DNA of 64,000 nt, taken from Sphaerochaeta sp. (GTDB lineage: Bacteria > Spirochaetota > Spirochaetia > Sphaerochaetales > Sphaerochaetaceae). The notes under the pieces are model-generated. The model was given only the letters and a program-made list of their open reading frames with translations. It ran no database searches and was not told the origin of the DNA. The translations under genes and the position numbers were made by a program. Positions 39,083 to 48,943 of the stretch are shown here, in pieces; position 1 is the stretch's first letter, and each line of letters starts with the position of its first letter. Location: positions 1,101 to 65,100 of the forward strand of contig JALOBD010000001.1 in NCBI GenBank assembly GCA_023228445.1, read 5' to 3'.

Positions 39083-39703
39083 ATGCGAAAAAACGTGCTG
39101 GCTATGCTGGTCTTGCTATGTCTTCTCATCCCCGCCTCCGTTGGAGCGCGGAGTTTGGTCAATGTAAGCCTTGGTTTTGGTGCAAGCTATCTTCCCGAGG
39201 AGGGGCTGGACTTCACCCAAGGATTGTCCGATCCCGACAACTGGTTGTTCCATGGTGAGATCAGCGCGCGTCTGGCCTTCCTCCAGGCTCAGGCGTTGGT
39301 CTTGCCCATGCAGTGTGAAGAGGGTGACCAAGGGATTCTCCTCATCGGCATGGGTTCGTTGAGTTTGCCAATGGTGGGCTCGCTTATGAGTCTTGAAGTG
39401 GGTGGTGGGGTAGGCCTTACCTACATCCCATCCAACTCCGAGGATACCCGTCCCTCCTACATTCTGGGAAGCGGTGATCAGGTTGATGTAGATGCCATCT
39501 CCTTCGCTGAGGCGCTCTATCACAGCCCAATCTACCTGCAGGCGGGTCTGGCATCTGAGGTGGGTCCTCTTGGTGTGCGCCTGCGTTATTTGATGAAGAG
39601 TCGGACAACGCTGGGCGAAAGTATTGGAAACAAGGGGTGGTGGAGCCTATTTGCGATAGATTCGGCTGCACTTTCTCTTGTGTTGTCACTAAAAATGTTT
39701 TAG
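39083..39703 (+). CDS. Exported beta-barrel-like hypothetical protein
   Basis: Signal peptide, amphipathic strands, terminal Phe. Confidence 0.7.
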   Translation: MRKNVLAMLVLLCLLIPASVGARSLVNVSLGFGASYLPEEGLDFTQGLSDPDNWLFHGEISARLAFLQAQALVLPMQCEEGDQGILLIGMGSLSLPMVGSLMSLEVGGGVGLTYIPSNSEDTRPSYILGSGDQVDVDAISFAEALYHSPIYLQAGLASEVGPLGVRLRYLMKSRTTLGESIGNKGWWSLFAIDSAALSLVLSLKMF

Positions 39704-39749
39704 ATTTTAGCTACAGTCGGTGTTTTGATTGTAAGCAAAGGGGTATTAT

Positions 39750-40367
39750 ATGAAAAAGAAACTTCTTATTGTTTTCCTCATTCTCGCCGTGTTGGTCCCT
39801 GCAACGCTAAGTGCAAAGCTGTTTGATCTGAGTCTCGGGCCGAACGTACAGTTCAAGCCCGACTTCGCAGAGATCAGCGGGGGGGATATGGGTGAGCTCT
39901 TCAGCGACATCAACAACTACGCCTTTGGCGCAGACCTGCGTCTGAAGCTCCTCCTGGCAGAAGTTGATTTGGTCAGTACGTTTGGCAAGGCCACTGAAAG
40001 TGGAACTGAGTACACCGAGATTTCCATCCTGACATCAGCGGGAGTCTCATTCGACCTCTTTGGCTTCACCCGCCTCGGCATCGGCCTCGGACCTCGCTTC
40101 CAGGTCCTCATCGATGATGCGGGAAATACCAATGTCTTGATTGAATCAACTCCCGTTGAGGTGGATACCTTGGGTGATGCCTTCATCAAGAGCCCACTCG
40201 CGCTTCGAGCAACGGCGGACTTCAAGATCGGCAAGATGTGGCTGGGGGCCAGCTATACGCTCGATACCGATTACACCTTCGAGAATTACGACCAGTTCGA
40301 CAAGCTCTTCAGTGCTCAGTGGGATACGGGTCGCTTCGGCGTTTCGTTGCTCTTCTCCTTCTTCTAA
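39750..40367 (+). CDS. Exported beta-barrel-like hypothetical protein (paralog of 39083)
   Basis: Signal peptide, colinear motifs with the upstream gene, terminal Phe. Confidence 0.75.
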   Translation: MKKKLLIVFLILAVLVPATLSAKLFDLSLGPNVQFKPDFAEISGGDMGELFSDINNYAFGADLRLKLLLAEVDLVSTFGKATESGTEYTEISILTSAGVSFDLFGFTRLGIGLGPRFQVLIDDAGNTNVLIESTPVEVDTLGDAFIKSPLALRATADFKIGKMWLGASYTLDTDYTFENYDQFDKLFSAQWDTGRFGVSLLFSFF

Positions 40368-40388
40368 AAACCCAAAGAGGCATATACC

Positions 40389-40424
40389 GTCAGGCCCGGG
40401 CTTCCCGGGCCTGACTTCTCTTTT
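40389..40424 (+). terminator. Intrinsic terminator
   Basis: GTCAGGCCCGGG-CTT-CCCGGGCCTGAC followed by TTCTCTTTT. Confidence 0.85.
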
Positions 40425-40466
40425 CTGATGCTGGCAAGTGTGGTACAGTGGCTCCAAGGAGTTTGT

Positions 40467-40781
40467 ATGGGACAGAAAGGGTTCTTTCGCACGGTATTGT
40501 CCTCGGTGCTCGCTGCAGTGCTGTCGTTCTTCATCATCTACTTCTTCATCCCCGGCATGGGGATGCAGTATCTGGGGGTGAGCTTCTCACTGCGTGATGG
40601 GTCGGTCAATGCCCAGGTCATGGAGATGGTTGGGGATGTCGAATTCTCCAAGGAGAATGCCCAACACTTCTGGAAGTTGCTCAACAGCCGTGAATTCCGT
40701 CTGCAATTCAAGGCGGCCACTGAGCAGGGTGAGCAGGCGGTCAAAGGTGTGGTGCAGAGTCTGGTGGAACGGGTGCGATGA
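40467..40781 (+). CDS. Small membrane-anchored hypothetical protein
   Basis: AAGGAG SD, one TM, stop overlaps the next start (ATGA). Confidence 0.75.
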   Translation: MGQKGFFRTVLSSVLAAVLSFFIIYFFIPGMGMQYLGVSFSLRDGSVNAQVMEMVGDVEFSKENAQHFWKLLNSREFRLQFKAATEQGEQAVKGVVQSLVERVR

Positions 40782-41539
40782 GCAGCTTGACCTTCTTGGG
40801 GACCGGTACGAGCCACGGCATCCCGGTCATCGGGTGCGGGTGTGATGTGTGCACCTCGACCGATGAACGCGATCGGCGCTACCGTTCCAGCGTTCTTCTG
40901 CGCAAAGAAGGGTATACGCTCCTGATCGACAGCGGACCTGAGTTTCGCCTGCAAGCTATTCGTAGCGAGCTGAAGAGTTTGGATGGGGTGCTCTACACCC
41001 ACGACCACAGTGACCACTTCAACGGTATCGATGACCTGCGCGTCTTCTGCAATAAGCGCCACCTGCCCGTCTACACCAGCGCGCAGGTGAAGAGCTCAAT
41101 AGAGCAGCGCTTTCCGTATGTGATCAACGGAACTGCCATGGGCATCCCTCACCTCGATGTAGCGGTCCTCTCCCCCTATGAGGAGGGGCCCGTAGGCCCC
41201 TTCTCTGTGACGGCCATCCCCATCATTCACGGACGGAAGACCATCTACGGGTATCGAATCGACAACACTGCATACCTGACCGATTGCAGTGAGGTGCCCC
41301 CCGAGAGCCTGCCGTACCTACAGAATCTTGAGGTGCTCGTCGTCGGGGCACTGCGGGACTGGCCACACCCCAACCACTACTCGGTCTTCGAGGCGACGGC
41401 ACTGGGCGACCTGTTGGCCCCCGAACGTGTATACTTTACCCACCTGAGCCATCACCTTGGCCATGCACAGCTTGAGGCGCGGCTCAAGAGTGGCTTCTTC
41501 GTCGCCTACGACCAGCTGACCATTACCATGAAGGATTGA
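40778..41539 (+). CDS. MBL-fold metallo-hydrolase (PhnP-like)
   Basis: LGTGTSHGIPVIGC.C..C, THDHSDH, YLTDC, FTHLSH. Confidence 0.92.
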   Translation: MSSLTFLGTGTSHGIPVIGCGCDVCTSTDERDRRYRSSVLLRKEGYTLLIDSGPEFRLQAIRSELKSLDGVLYTHDHSDHFNGIDDLRVFCNKRHLPVYTSAQVKSSIEQRFPYVINGTAMGIPHLDVAVLSPYEEGPVGPFSVTAIPIIHGRKTIYGYRIDNTAYLTDCSEVPPESLPYLQNLEVLVVGALRDWPHPNHYSVFEATALGDLLAPERVYFTHLSHHLGHAQLEARLKSGFFVAYDQLTITMKD

Positions 41540-41543
41540 AACA

Positions 41544-44294
41544 ATGGATGAATCAATGACGCAACGAGCAGAGGAGCATGGACGCAAGCAACTCTATATC
41601 ATCGATGGCTACGGCCTCATCTACCGCTCCTTCTTCGGCTTCTTCAACAACCCGATCCGCGACCCGCAGGGCAACAACATCTCTGCCGTCTATGGCTTCT
41701 TCTCCACACTCTTGAAGTTGATCCGCGAGTATGGGGCCCACTACTTGGTGGTGGCGATGGACAGTGCAGGTCCGACCTTCCGCCACGAGATCTATGAGCC
41801 GTACAAGGCGAATCGGGAAGCGGCCCCCGAAGAACTGCACAGCCAGGTGCCGATCATCACCAGGATCTTGAAGGCGCTCAGGGTGCCGACCATCGAGCAT
41901 GTTGGTTTTGAGGCGGATGACATCATCGCCACCTTGACGGAGGAGGCCAAACGCCATGGCCTTGAGGCCATCATGTTCACCGGTGACAAGGACCTGCTGC
42001 AGCTCGTCGACTCCCACACCAAGGCGCTGCGCCCGGCCAAGAAGGGGGAGAACTTCTACCGGATGATGGGTGAGGCGGAGGTGGTGGAGGAGTTTGGCAT
42101 CAAGGCGAATCAGGTTGTCGATTACCTCGCCCTCATCGGTGACACCTCGGACAATGTACCTGGAGTGAAGGGGATCGGTGCAAAGGGGGCGGCAAAGCTT
42201 TTAGGCCAGTGGGCGGACCTCGATGAGATCTACGCCCACCTGGATACCTTCGCCCCCGGGGTGAAGAAGCGTCTGGAGGAGGGGCGAGAGAGTGCCTACC
42301 TGAGCCGGGAGCTGGTGACCCTCAAGCGCGATCTCTTCACGGTCGACTCCTTCGATGCCCCCCAGTACCTCGTCGAGGATGTAGACTACCTGGGTGCCAT
42401 CCCGCTCTTTAAGGAGATCGGGATGCGCTCCATCATCAAGACGCTTGAGCAGGCAGGTGAAGGAGAGGGACAACAGAGGCAGGTCGAAGCGCCCACGAAG
42501 GCGGTCATCGAGCGTGCCTACCACCTGATCTCCTCACTCGAGGAGCTGGAGCGCTTGCTCCTCCAGGCTGAGGGAGATGGGGCGGTCATTGCCTTTGATG
42601 TGGAGACGACGAGTCTCTCTGAGATCGACAGCCGCATCCTTGGTTTCTCTTTCTCTTGGCAGGAGGGGATCTCCTACTACTGTGCGCTGACCCACCAGGG
42701 CACAGCGCTCCTTGATGAGCAGGCGGTGAGGCAAACCCTCGCCCGTTTCTTGGAGAGCGGACGCTTGGCCCTAGTCGGACAGAACATCAAGTTCGACTAT
42801 AAGGTCCTCTGCTATTGGGGCATCACCGCCAAGGTGCTGCACTTTGACACGATGATTGCCGCTTGGCTGCTCGACAGTGCCTCGGTCTTCAACCTCGACT
42901 ACCTGGCGGAGAAGTACCTTGAGCACAAGACGGTGCGCTACAGCGACATCGTGGGCAAAGGGGAGTCCCTCGACGACCTTCCTCTTGACGTGGTCGTTGC
43001 CTACGGCGCTGAGGACGCCGATGTGACCTGGCGCCTCTACCGCCTCTTTGATGAACTGCTCAAGGCGCGCGGACTGGACCGTTTGATGGACGAGCTCGAG
43101 ATGCCGCTGCTGCGGGTCATCGCCGAGATGGAGATGGCAGGAATCTTTTTGGACAGAAAACTCATCGAACCGCTGGCCATCGAGTTCGAGGGGCGCATCG
43201 ATGCCATCAAGGAGGAGATCTTTGCCATCGTCGGCCACGATTTCAACCTCAACTCGCCCAAGCAACTGCAGGAGGTGCTCTTCGTCGAGCGTGACATCCC
43301 CACCGGCGCGAAGACCCGTACCGGATTCTCCACGGCGACCGAAGTGCTCGAGCCGCTGCGTGAGAGCCACCGTGAGGTCGATCTGATCCTCAACTACCGG
43401 ATGCTGAACAAGCTCAAGTCGACGTACATCGACACACTGCCGGGCGAGGTCAACGAGAAGACCGGTCGCATCCACCCCTCCTTCTCCCAGACCGGAACCG
43501 AGACCGGTCGCCTCTCCTGCCGGGAGCCGAACCTGCAGAACATCCCTGTTCGAAGTGAAGAGGGAAAGCGGATTCGCTCAGCCTTCACCGCCAAAGAGGG
43601 CTATCGGCTGCTGTCGGCCGACTACTCGCAGATCGAGCTCGTCGTACTCGCCCACACCGCCGACGATCCAAACCTGAAGCAAGCATTCCTCGACGGCCTC
43701 GACGTCCACCGAGCCACGGCGAGCCGGATCTTCTCCGTCCCACTTGAGGCGGTGGACAGCGATCAGCGACGGGTGGCCAAGACCATCAACTTCGGGGTGA
43801 TGTACGGCATGGGGGCCCACGCCCTCTCCCAGGACCTGAAGATCAGCTTCTCCGAGGCTCGCGATTTCATCGCCCAGTACTTTGAGCGCTACAAGGCGGT
43901 GGGCGACTTCATCGAGCGAACCAAGGCCCGTGCGGCTGAGGAGGGGTACGTCAAGACGCTGCTCGGTCATGTGCGGACCATCAGCGAGATCACCAGCCGC
44001 AGCCCGGTCGAACGGGCCAAGGCGGAGCGTATCGCTGTCAATACCGTCATTCAGGGAACGGCAGCCGATATTATGAAAATGGCAATGCTGCGCGCCGATC
44101 GAATGATCGGGGAGCAGGCGCTCTCATCGCGCCTGTTGCTCCAGATCCACGACGAGTTGATCTTCGAGGTTCCCGAGAATGAGGTAGCACAGATGGAGGG
44201 CTTGGTCAGGGAGGCGATGGAGGGGGCGGTCCACCTCACTGTCCCGCTACGCGTCTCCATCGCGGTCGGTCGCGACTGGGGGGAGCTCTCCTGA
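41544..44294 (+). CDS. polA: DNA polymerase I
   Basis: 5'-3' exonuclease (EADDII, GDTSDNVPGV), FDVET, motifs A DYSQIEL, B KTINFGVMYG, C QIHDEL. Confidence 0.99.
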   Translation: MDESMTQRAEEHGRKQLYIIDGYGLIYRSFFGFFNNPIRDPQGNNISAVYGFFSTLLKLIREYGAHYLVVAMDSAGPTFRHEIYEPYKANREAAPEELHSQVPIITRILKALRVPTIEHVGFEADDIIATLTEEAKRHGLEAIMFTGDKDLLQLVDSHTKALRPAKKGENFYRMMGEAEVVEEFGIKANQVVDYLALIGDTSDNVPGVKGIGAKGAAKLLGQWADLDEIYAHLDTFAPGVKKRLEEGRESAYLSRELVTLKRDLFTVDSFDAPQYLVEDVDYLGAIPLFKEIGMRSIIKTLEQAGEGEGQQRQVEAPTKAVIERAYHLISSLEELERLLLQAEGDGAVIAFDVETTSLSEIDSRILGFSFSWQEGISYYCALTHQGTALLDEQAVRQTLARFLESGRLALVGQNIKFDYKVLCYWGITAKVLHFDTMIAAWLLDSASVFNLDYLAEKYLEHKTVRYSDIVGKGESLDDLPLDVVVAYGAEDADVTWRLYRLFDELLKARGLDRLMDELEMPLLRVIAEMEMAGIFLDRKLIEPLAIEFEGRIDAIKEEIFAIVGHDFNLNSPKQLQEVLFVERDIPTGAKTRTGFSTATEVLEPLRESHREVDLILNYRMLNKLKSTYIDTLPGEVNEKTGRIHPSFSQTGTETGRLSCREPNLQNIPVRSEEGKRIRSAFTAKEGYRLLSADYSQIELVVLAHTADDPNLKQAFLDGLDVHRATASRIFSVPLEAVDSDQRRVAKTINFGVMYGMGAHALSQDLKISFSEARDFIAQYFERYKAVGDFIERTKARAAEEGYVKTLLGHVRTISEITSRSPVERAKAERIAVNTVIQGTAADIMKMAMLRADRMIGEQALSSRLLLQIHDELIFEVPENEVAQMEGLVREAMEGAVHLTVPLRVSIAVGRDWGELS

Positions 44295-44893
44295 TGGTGG
44301 TCATCGGTCTGACCGGCAAGGTGTGCGCCGGCAAGAACCAGTACGCCGACCTCTTTGCCCAGCGGGGTGTCCAGGTCATCGATGTCGATGACCTGGGGCA
44401 TCGCGTACTCATCGAGCAGCGGGAGGCGGTCATCGCCCGCTTCGGAGTCGAAGTGGCAGACGGCAGAGCAATCGATCGCACGGCGTTGGGCAAGATTGTC
44501 TTCTCAGATGGGCAGAAATTGAAGGAGTTGGAGGCAATTCTTCACCCGGCCATGGTGGAAGAGTGTAAAAACCTCATCCAAACGAGTGAGGCAAAGGCGG
44601 TGATACTCAATGCAGCGCTGCTCTCGCGGATGGGATTGGTCGATCTTTGCGATCGGGTGATCTTCATCAAAGCACCCCTTCTGTTGCGCTATCGGCGGTG
44701 TAAACGACGCCAAGGGCTCTCCTGGAGCGCCTTTTGGGGACGTAACAGCGCTCAAAAAGACATCGCTGTCTCCCAGATCAAGACCACAATGGAGGTCAAG
44801 GTCTTCCACAATGGGCGTTGTCGTAGGATAATTCATCGACAAGTGGCGAACTATTGTGATACGATAGGGTTAGATATTTCAGCACTGCGTTGA
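44294..44893 (+). CDS. coaE: Dephospho-CoA kinase
   Basis: IGLTG...AGK, IDR..LG.IVF, LEAILHP; follows polA. Confidence 0.92.
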   Translation: MVVIGLTGKVCAGKNQYADLFAQRGVQVIDVDDLGHRVLIEQREAVIARFGVEVADGRAIDRTALGKIVFSDGQKLKELEAILHPAMVEECKNLIQTSEAKAVILNAALLSRMGLVDLCDRVIFIKAPLLLRYRRCKRRQGLSWSAFWGRNSAQKDIAVSQIKTTMEVKVFHNGRCRRIIHRQVANYCDTIGLDISALR

Positions 44894-44917
44894 AATCTTG
44901 TTACAAGAGGGTTTGAA

Positions 44918-46477
44918 ATGAAGAAATCGGTACGGATCAATTTGCTGGTCATCACCATCGTCGTGACACTCTTTGTCTTCGCCGGGCTTTGGTATCTGCG
45001 CCCGGGGGTGTCGGATGAGATCATCCAGCAGGCACGAATTCGTCAAAGTCAGCCTTTGATGGAAATCGCCGAACCTTTGAGAAAACCAAAGGCCGAGGAC
45101 CTCATCGACACCACGCAACTGGTCAAGGAACTGCAGCGTGATCTCGAGCCCTCCATCAAGGCTGCGGTCAAAGCAGATCTGCTTAGCGACCCCGCCTTCG
45201 CCAGGGTCGAGGAACCGAAGATCGATGTAGCCGCCCTCCAGGCAGAGTTGCAGTCGGCGATCAAGGCAGACCTGCTTGCCGATCCCACGTTCGCCACTGC
45301 AGTCACCCAGCAGGTTGATGTGGTTGCCCTGCGCAGCCAAATCCAACCGGCTATCCGGCGGGCGATACTCGCCGACCTGCCAGGGGACCCCGCCTTCACC
45401 AGCCTTGTCAATCGCGAGGTTGATGCGATTGCCATCCGCAGCCAGATCCAACCGGCCATCAAGCGGGGTGTACTCGCTGATTTGAGGACCGACAGTGCCT
45501 TCATCCGCTCGATCAGCTCCCAAATCGACTTCTCGTCGGTGACGCTGGCCAATGAGCAGGCCCTTGTTGCCGTCTCTGATGCCAATGATCGGGCCATCGC
45601 ATCGTTGAGACGCGAGATCAACGCCCAGATTGCTGCCCTTCCAACGGTTCCGACTACCCTGCGCGTCGACGATAGCGAGATGGACCGCATCGTGGACCAA
45701 ACCTACGATCGGGTATTCTCCTCACTGCAGGGTGAGATCGAATCACTGGTACAACCACCGACTGCGCTGCGCGTCGATGATGCGGAGATGGACCGCATCG
45801 TCGGTCAAACCCACGACCGGGTATTCGCCTCCTTGGAGAGTGAGATCGACGCTCGAATCGACGCCCGCCCTGCGATGCCCGTCATAGTCGGTGTCGATGA
45901 ACAGCAGGTACACCGTATCCTCGCGGAGGCGGTCGATGCGCAGATCCCCATCGTGGTCGACGCAGTTGTCGCCCGTATCGAAGCAAACCGCGACCAGTAT
46001 ATCGAGGCGGTTCGCTCGTCCCTCGGTGATGTGGTCACTGAGGATGAAGTGGTCGACCTCTACCTCTCCTATCGAAGTGCGATGGTCCAGGACCTGGTCC
46101 CGGCAATCCTCGACGATGTGGAGGCGCTGCTCAAGGGTGAGAGTGCTCCCAGTGAGATGGCAATCGTCCCAGCAGCACCAAAACCGCGAGAGGAGACACC
46201 TGCTGTGGTTGTCACACCCCCGGCTGTTCCTGCCGCCCCAACGCCAGCTGTGGTTGAACCGGTGGCCCCAAAGGCCCCCCCAGCCCCGGTTGCCCAAGTC
46301 CAGCAAGTCCCAGAGCCTCCAAAGAGTGTACCGGTCGTCACGAGCGAACCGACTCCTGAGGCTCCTGCGGCACCGACGATGGTCACCAAAAGCGCCGAAG
46401 AGGCGGAGTATGAGGTTGAGCGTCAGCGGCTGCGCACCGAGGCGATCAATGAGGTGTTGAGGAGGATTGGTCAGTAG
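44918..46477 (+). CDS. Membrane-anchored helical repeat protein with Pro-rich linker
   Basis: N-terminal TM, two internal repeat families, Pro/Ala/Val-rich region. Confidence 0.78.
   Translation: MKKSVRINLLVITIVVTLFVFAGLWYLRPGVSDEIIQQARIRQSQPLMEIAEPLRKPKAEDLIDTTQLVKELQRDLEPSIKAAVKADLLSDPAFARVEEPKIDVAALQAELQSAIKADLLADPTFATAVTQQVDVVALRSQIQPAIRRAILADLPGDPAFTSLVNREVDAIAIRSQIQPAIKRGVLADLRTDSAFIRSISSQIDFSSVTLANEQALVAVSDANDRAIASLRREINAQIAALPTVPTTLRVDDSEMDRIVDQTYDRVFSSLQGEIESLVQPPTALRVDDAEMDRIVGQTHDRVFASLESEIDARIDARPAMPVIVGVDEQQVHRILAEAVDAQIPIVVDAVVARIEANRDQYIEAVRSSLGDVVTEDEVVDLYLSYRSAMVQDLVPAILDDVEALLKGESAPSEMAIVPAAPKPREETPAVVVTPPAVPAAPTPAVVEPVAPKAPPAPVAQVQQVPEPPKSVPVVTSEPTPEAPAAPTMVTKSAEEAEYEVERQRLRTEAINEVLRRIGQ
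45104..45523 (+). repeat. Four intragenic repeats of about 31-39 aa
   Basis: Consensus (I/V)DxxxL..QLQPAIK..(L)ADL..DPAF; units start at 45104, 45221, 45314, 45419. Confidence 0.8.
45650..45865 (+). repeat. Two intragenic 108-bp (36 aa) repeats
   Basis: PTTLRVDDSEMDRIVDQTYDRVFSSL vs PTALRVDDAEMDRIVGQTHDRVFASL. Confidence 0.9.
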
Positions 46478-47513
46478 GTGGGTCGCAGTAGTACCTGCGC
46501 TCACCGTCGAAATCCCTGAACTCCCATACTCCTTGTCGTACTTCTTTGATGAGATGGTTCGTCGTAAGAGGGACCTTGCCCCCTCCTTGGGGCAGGTCGA
46601 CTGCATAGGTGGGCATTGCAAGCCCGCTGAGCCGCTTGCGCAGCTCCGCTTCCAACTCCAGCCCCCGCTTGATGGGCACCCGCAAATGCGCGGTGCCCTC
46701 AACCAAGTCCCCTTGGAAGAGGTAGTAGGGCTTGATGCGGTTGAAGACCAGCATATTGCACAACTGCTGCAGCACATCAACATCATCGTTGACACCGCGC
46801 AAGAGGACGGTCTGGTTCATTGCCGGGATCCCGTTGTCGATGAAGCGGGCCACTGCACCAATCGCCTCGCTGGTAAGCTCACGCGGGTGGTTGAACTGGA
46901 CCATCACAAAGAAGGGGGCGGTGTCAAAGCGCTTGATCATCGCTATCAGGTCATCGGTGATGCGGGAGGGGAGGGCAGCGGGCACTCGGGTACAGAGGCG
47001 GATGACGAGGTCGGGCCGCCGTTCTCGAAACGCCCTGATCATCGCCTCGAGTGCTTTATCGGCGATGGTCAATACATCACCTCCGGTGAAGAGCAGTTCG
47101 GTGATCTGGCGATGTGTCTCCACGTATCGGGCAGCTGCATCGATCTCTTCTTGTGATGCCACCCCTTGGGCGGTGGAGGTGAAGCGTCGCCTGAAACAGT
47201 GGCGGCAGTGGATGGCACAGACATCGGTGGTCAGGAAGGCGGCACGGCTCTGGTACCGGTGGATGAGCCGTCCGCCATTGGAGTGGGCGACTTCTGCAAG
47301 CGGGTCAAGACTCGCCATCTCCTCACGTTCGCTCTCTCGTACGGAGGGCACGACCTGCCGCCTCAGTGGATCGGTAGGGTCATCGGCGTCGATGAGCTCC
47401 ATGAAATGGTGTGGAATCTTAAGGGGGAGGGTGGCGGTATCGGTATAGTCGAACGCCTCCTCATCGGCGGTGAGGGTAAGGCGTTCCATCAATTGTTCTT
47501 TGGTATCGATCAT
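46446..47513 (-). CDS. KamA-family radical SAM lysine 2,3-aminomutase, probably EpmB
   Basis: DPLRRQV, CAIHCRHCFRR, TGGD, NHPRE, NQTVLLRGVND, GGGKVPL; short form; efp and epmA nearby. Confidence 0.9.
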   Translation of the reverse strand: MIDTKEQLMERLTLTADEEAFDYTDTATLPLKIPHHFMELIDADDPTDPLRRQVVPSVRESEREEMASLDPLAEVAHSNGGRLIHRYQSRAAFLTTDVCAIHCRHCFRRRFTSTAQGVASQEEIDAAARYVETHRQITELLFTGGDVLTIADKALEAMIRAFRERRPDLVIRLCTRVPAALPSRITDDLIAMIKRFDTAPFFVMVQFNHPRELTSEAIGAVARFIDNGIPAMNQTVLLRGVNDDVDVLQQLCNMLVFNRIKPYYLFQGDLVEGTAHLRVPIKRGLELEAELRKRLSGLAMPTYAVDLPQGGGKVPLTTNHLIKEVRQGVWEFRDFDGERRYYCDPPTDQSSSTPH

Positions 47514-47626
47514 AGTCTTGGTGTACTGTATCGCACGCATTTGGTCCAGTCCCCGGTATTTTCATCCCCCGCCGCGAGACTTTCGTGGTACACTGCTTCT
47601 AACCGTTTATCTCAAGGAGTCATGCA

Positions 47627-48943
47627 ATGGCCAAACAACAAAAACGAGGCTTGAAGGGGTACTATACCACCACCTTCCTCATCGGTCTTGGATTCTTCAC
47701 CATGGGGTTGATGGACCCGCTCTACGATACGTACCTGCCGATCTTTCTCTCCCGATTCATCGAATCGAAGGCGCTCATCGGGTCCATCATGACGCTCGAC
47801 AACCTCTTGGCCATCCTCCTGATCCCGATCTTCAGCGCCATCAGCGACCGTACCCACACCCGCATCGGGCGACGGATGCCCTTCATCATCGTCTGCCTTC
47901 CCGTGACCGCGGTGGCCTTCGGCCTGATCCCCTACGCCGCGCTCATCAGCCTGTGGATGTTGATCGTCCTGGTCTTCGTCCTCAATCTCTTCAAGCAGGC
48001 GGTGCGCGGCCCGGTCGTCGCCCTGATGCCCGACATGATTCCCGGTGATTTACGCAGTGAAGCCAACGGGGTCATCAACACGATGGGTGGCATCGCCACC
48101 ATCGTCGGTACCGTCGGCCTTGCCCGCCTGATGGATATCCCCATCAATGTGCCGGGGTTTGGGCCGACCAAAGAGATCCTTGCCTTCCCGCTCTCCGGGG
48201 TATTGGTCATCATCGCCGTCATCCTGCTCTTCACCTTCATCAAGGAGAAGAAGGCGGTCGGACACGAGGAGAGTGAGAAGAACGAGCCGATCCTCCACTC
48301 ACTGAAGGTCATCTTTGCCGAGGAGGACAAGAGTGCCCTCTTCATCCTCCTGGCCCTGCTCTTCTGGTTCATCGGCTACCAGGGGATCCTCCCCTTCGTC
48401 GGTCTCTACTCGACGAATATCCTCAAGACGAGCAGCGGCACCGCCAGCCTCGCCGCCGGCATGGTCGGCATCGCCTACGCAATCTTCGCCATCCCCAGCG
48501 GCATCGTCGCCCACCGCATCGGACGCAAGAGGACGATTCGCATCTCACTCTCGGTCTTGGTGGTACTGCTTGCCGGTATCTTCTTCCACGATCCGCTGAC
48601 TTCGGCGATGAGTGCCGCGTTGAGACAGTACACCTTCTGGGCCCTGCTCTTTTGCTTCGGCATCTTCTGGGTATCGGTGGTGACCAACAGCTTCCCGATG
48701 CTCTGGCAGATGTCCACCTACCAGACGGTCGGCATCTATACCGGGCTCTACTACTTCTCCAGCCAGCTCGCTTCGATCATCAGCCCGCCGATCACCGGTG
48801 CGTTCATCGACTTCTTCGGCTTTCGGGCAATCTTCCTCTACGGCTCGGCCTCGATGCTCATCGCCTTCTTCCTCATTGGACGGGTGAAGCCGGGCAAGGG
48901 TGAGCCGGCCGATGTGCCGGAGGGTGAAACCGGGGAGGCCTAG
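47627..48943 (+). CDS. MFS sugar transporter (maltose/SLC45-like)
   Basis: About 12 TMs, SDRTHTRIGRRMPF, ALMPD. Confidence 0.88.
   Translation: MAKQQKRGLKGYYTTTFLIGLGFFTMGLMDPLYDTYLPIFLSRFIESKALIGSIMTLDNLLAILLIPIFSAISDRTHTRIGRRMPFIIVCLPVTAVAFGLIPYAALISLWMLIVLVFVLNLFKQAVRGPVVALMPDMIPGDLRSEANGVINTMGGIATIVGTVGLARLMDIPINVPGFGPTKEILAFPLSGVLVIIAVILLFTFIKEKKAVGHEESEKNEPILHSLKVIFAEEDKSALFILLALLFWFIGYQGILPFVGLYSTNILKTSSGTASLAAGMVGIAYAIFAIPSGIVAHRIGRKRTIRISLSVLVVLLAGIFFHDPLTSAMSAALRQYTFWALLFCFGIFWVSVVTNSFPMLWQMSTYQTVGIYTGLYYFSSQLASIISPPITGAFIDFFGFRAIFLYGSASMLIAFFLIGRVKPGKGEPADVPEGETGEA

Noticed and set aside
45104-45865. Possible CRISPR or DGR-type repeats
   Set aside because: Repeats are in-frame, degenerate at synonymous sites and lack spacers; no cas or RT gene
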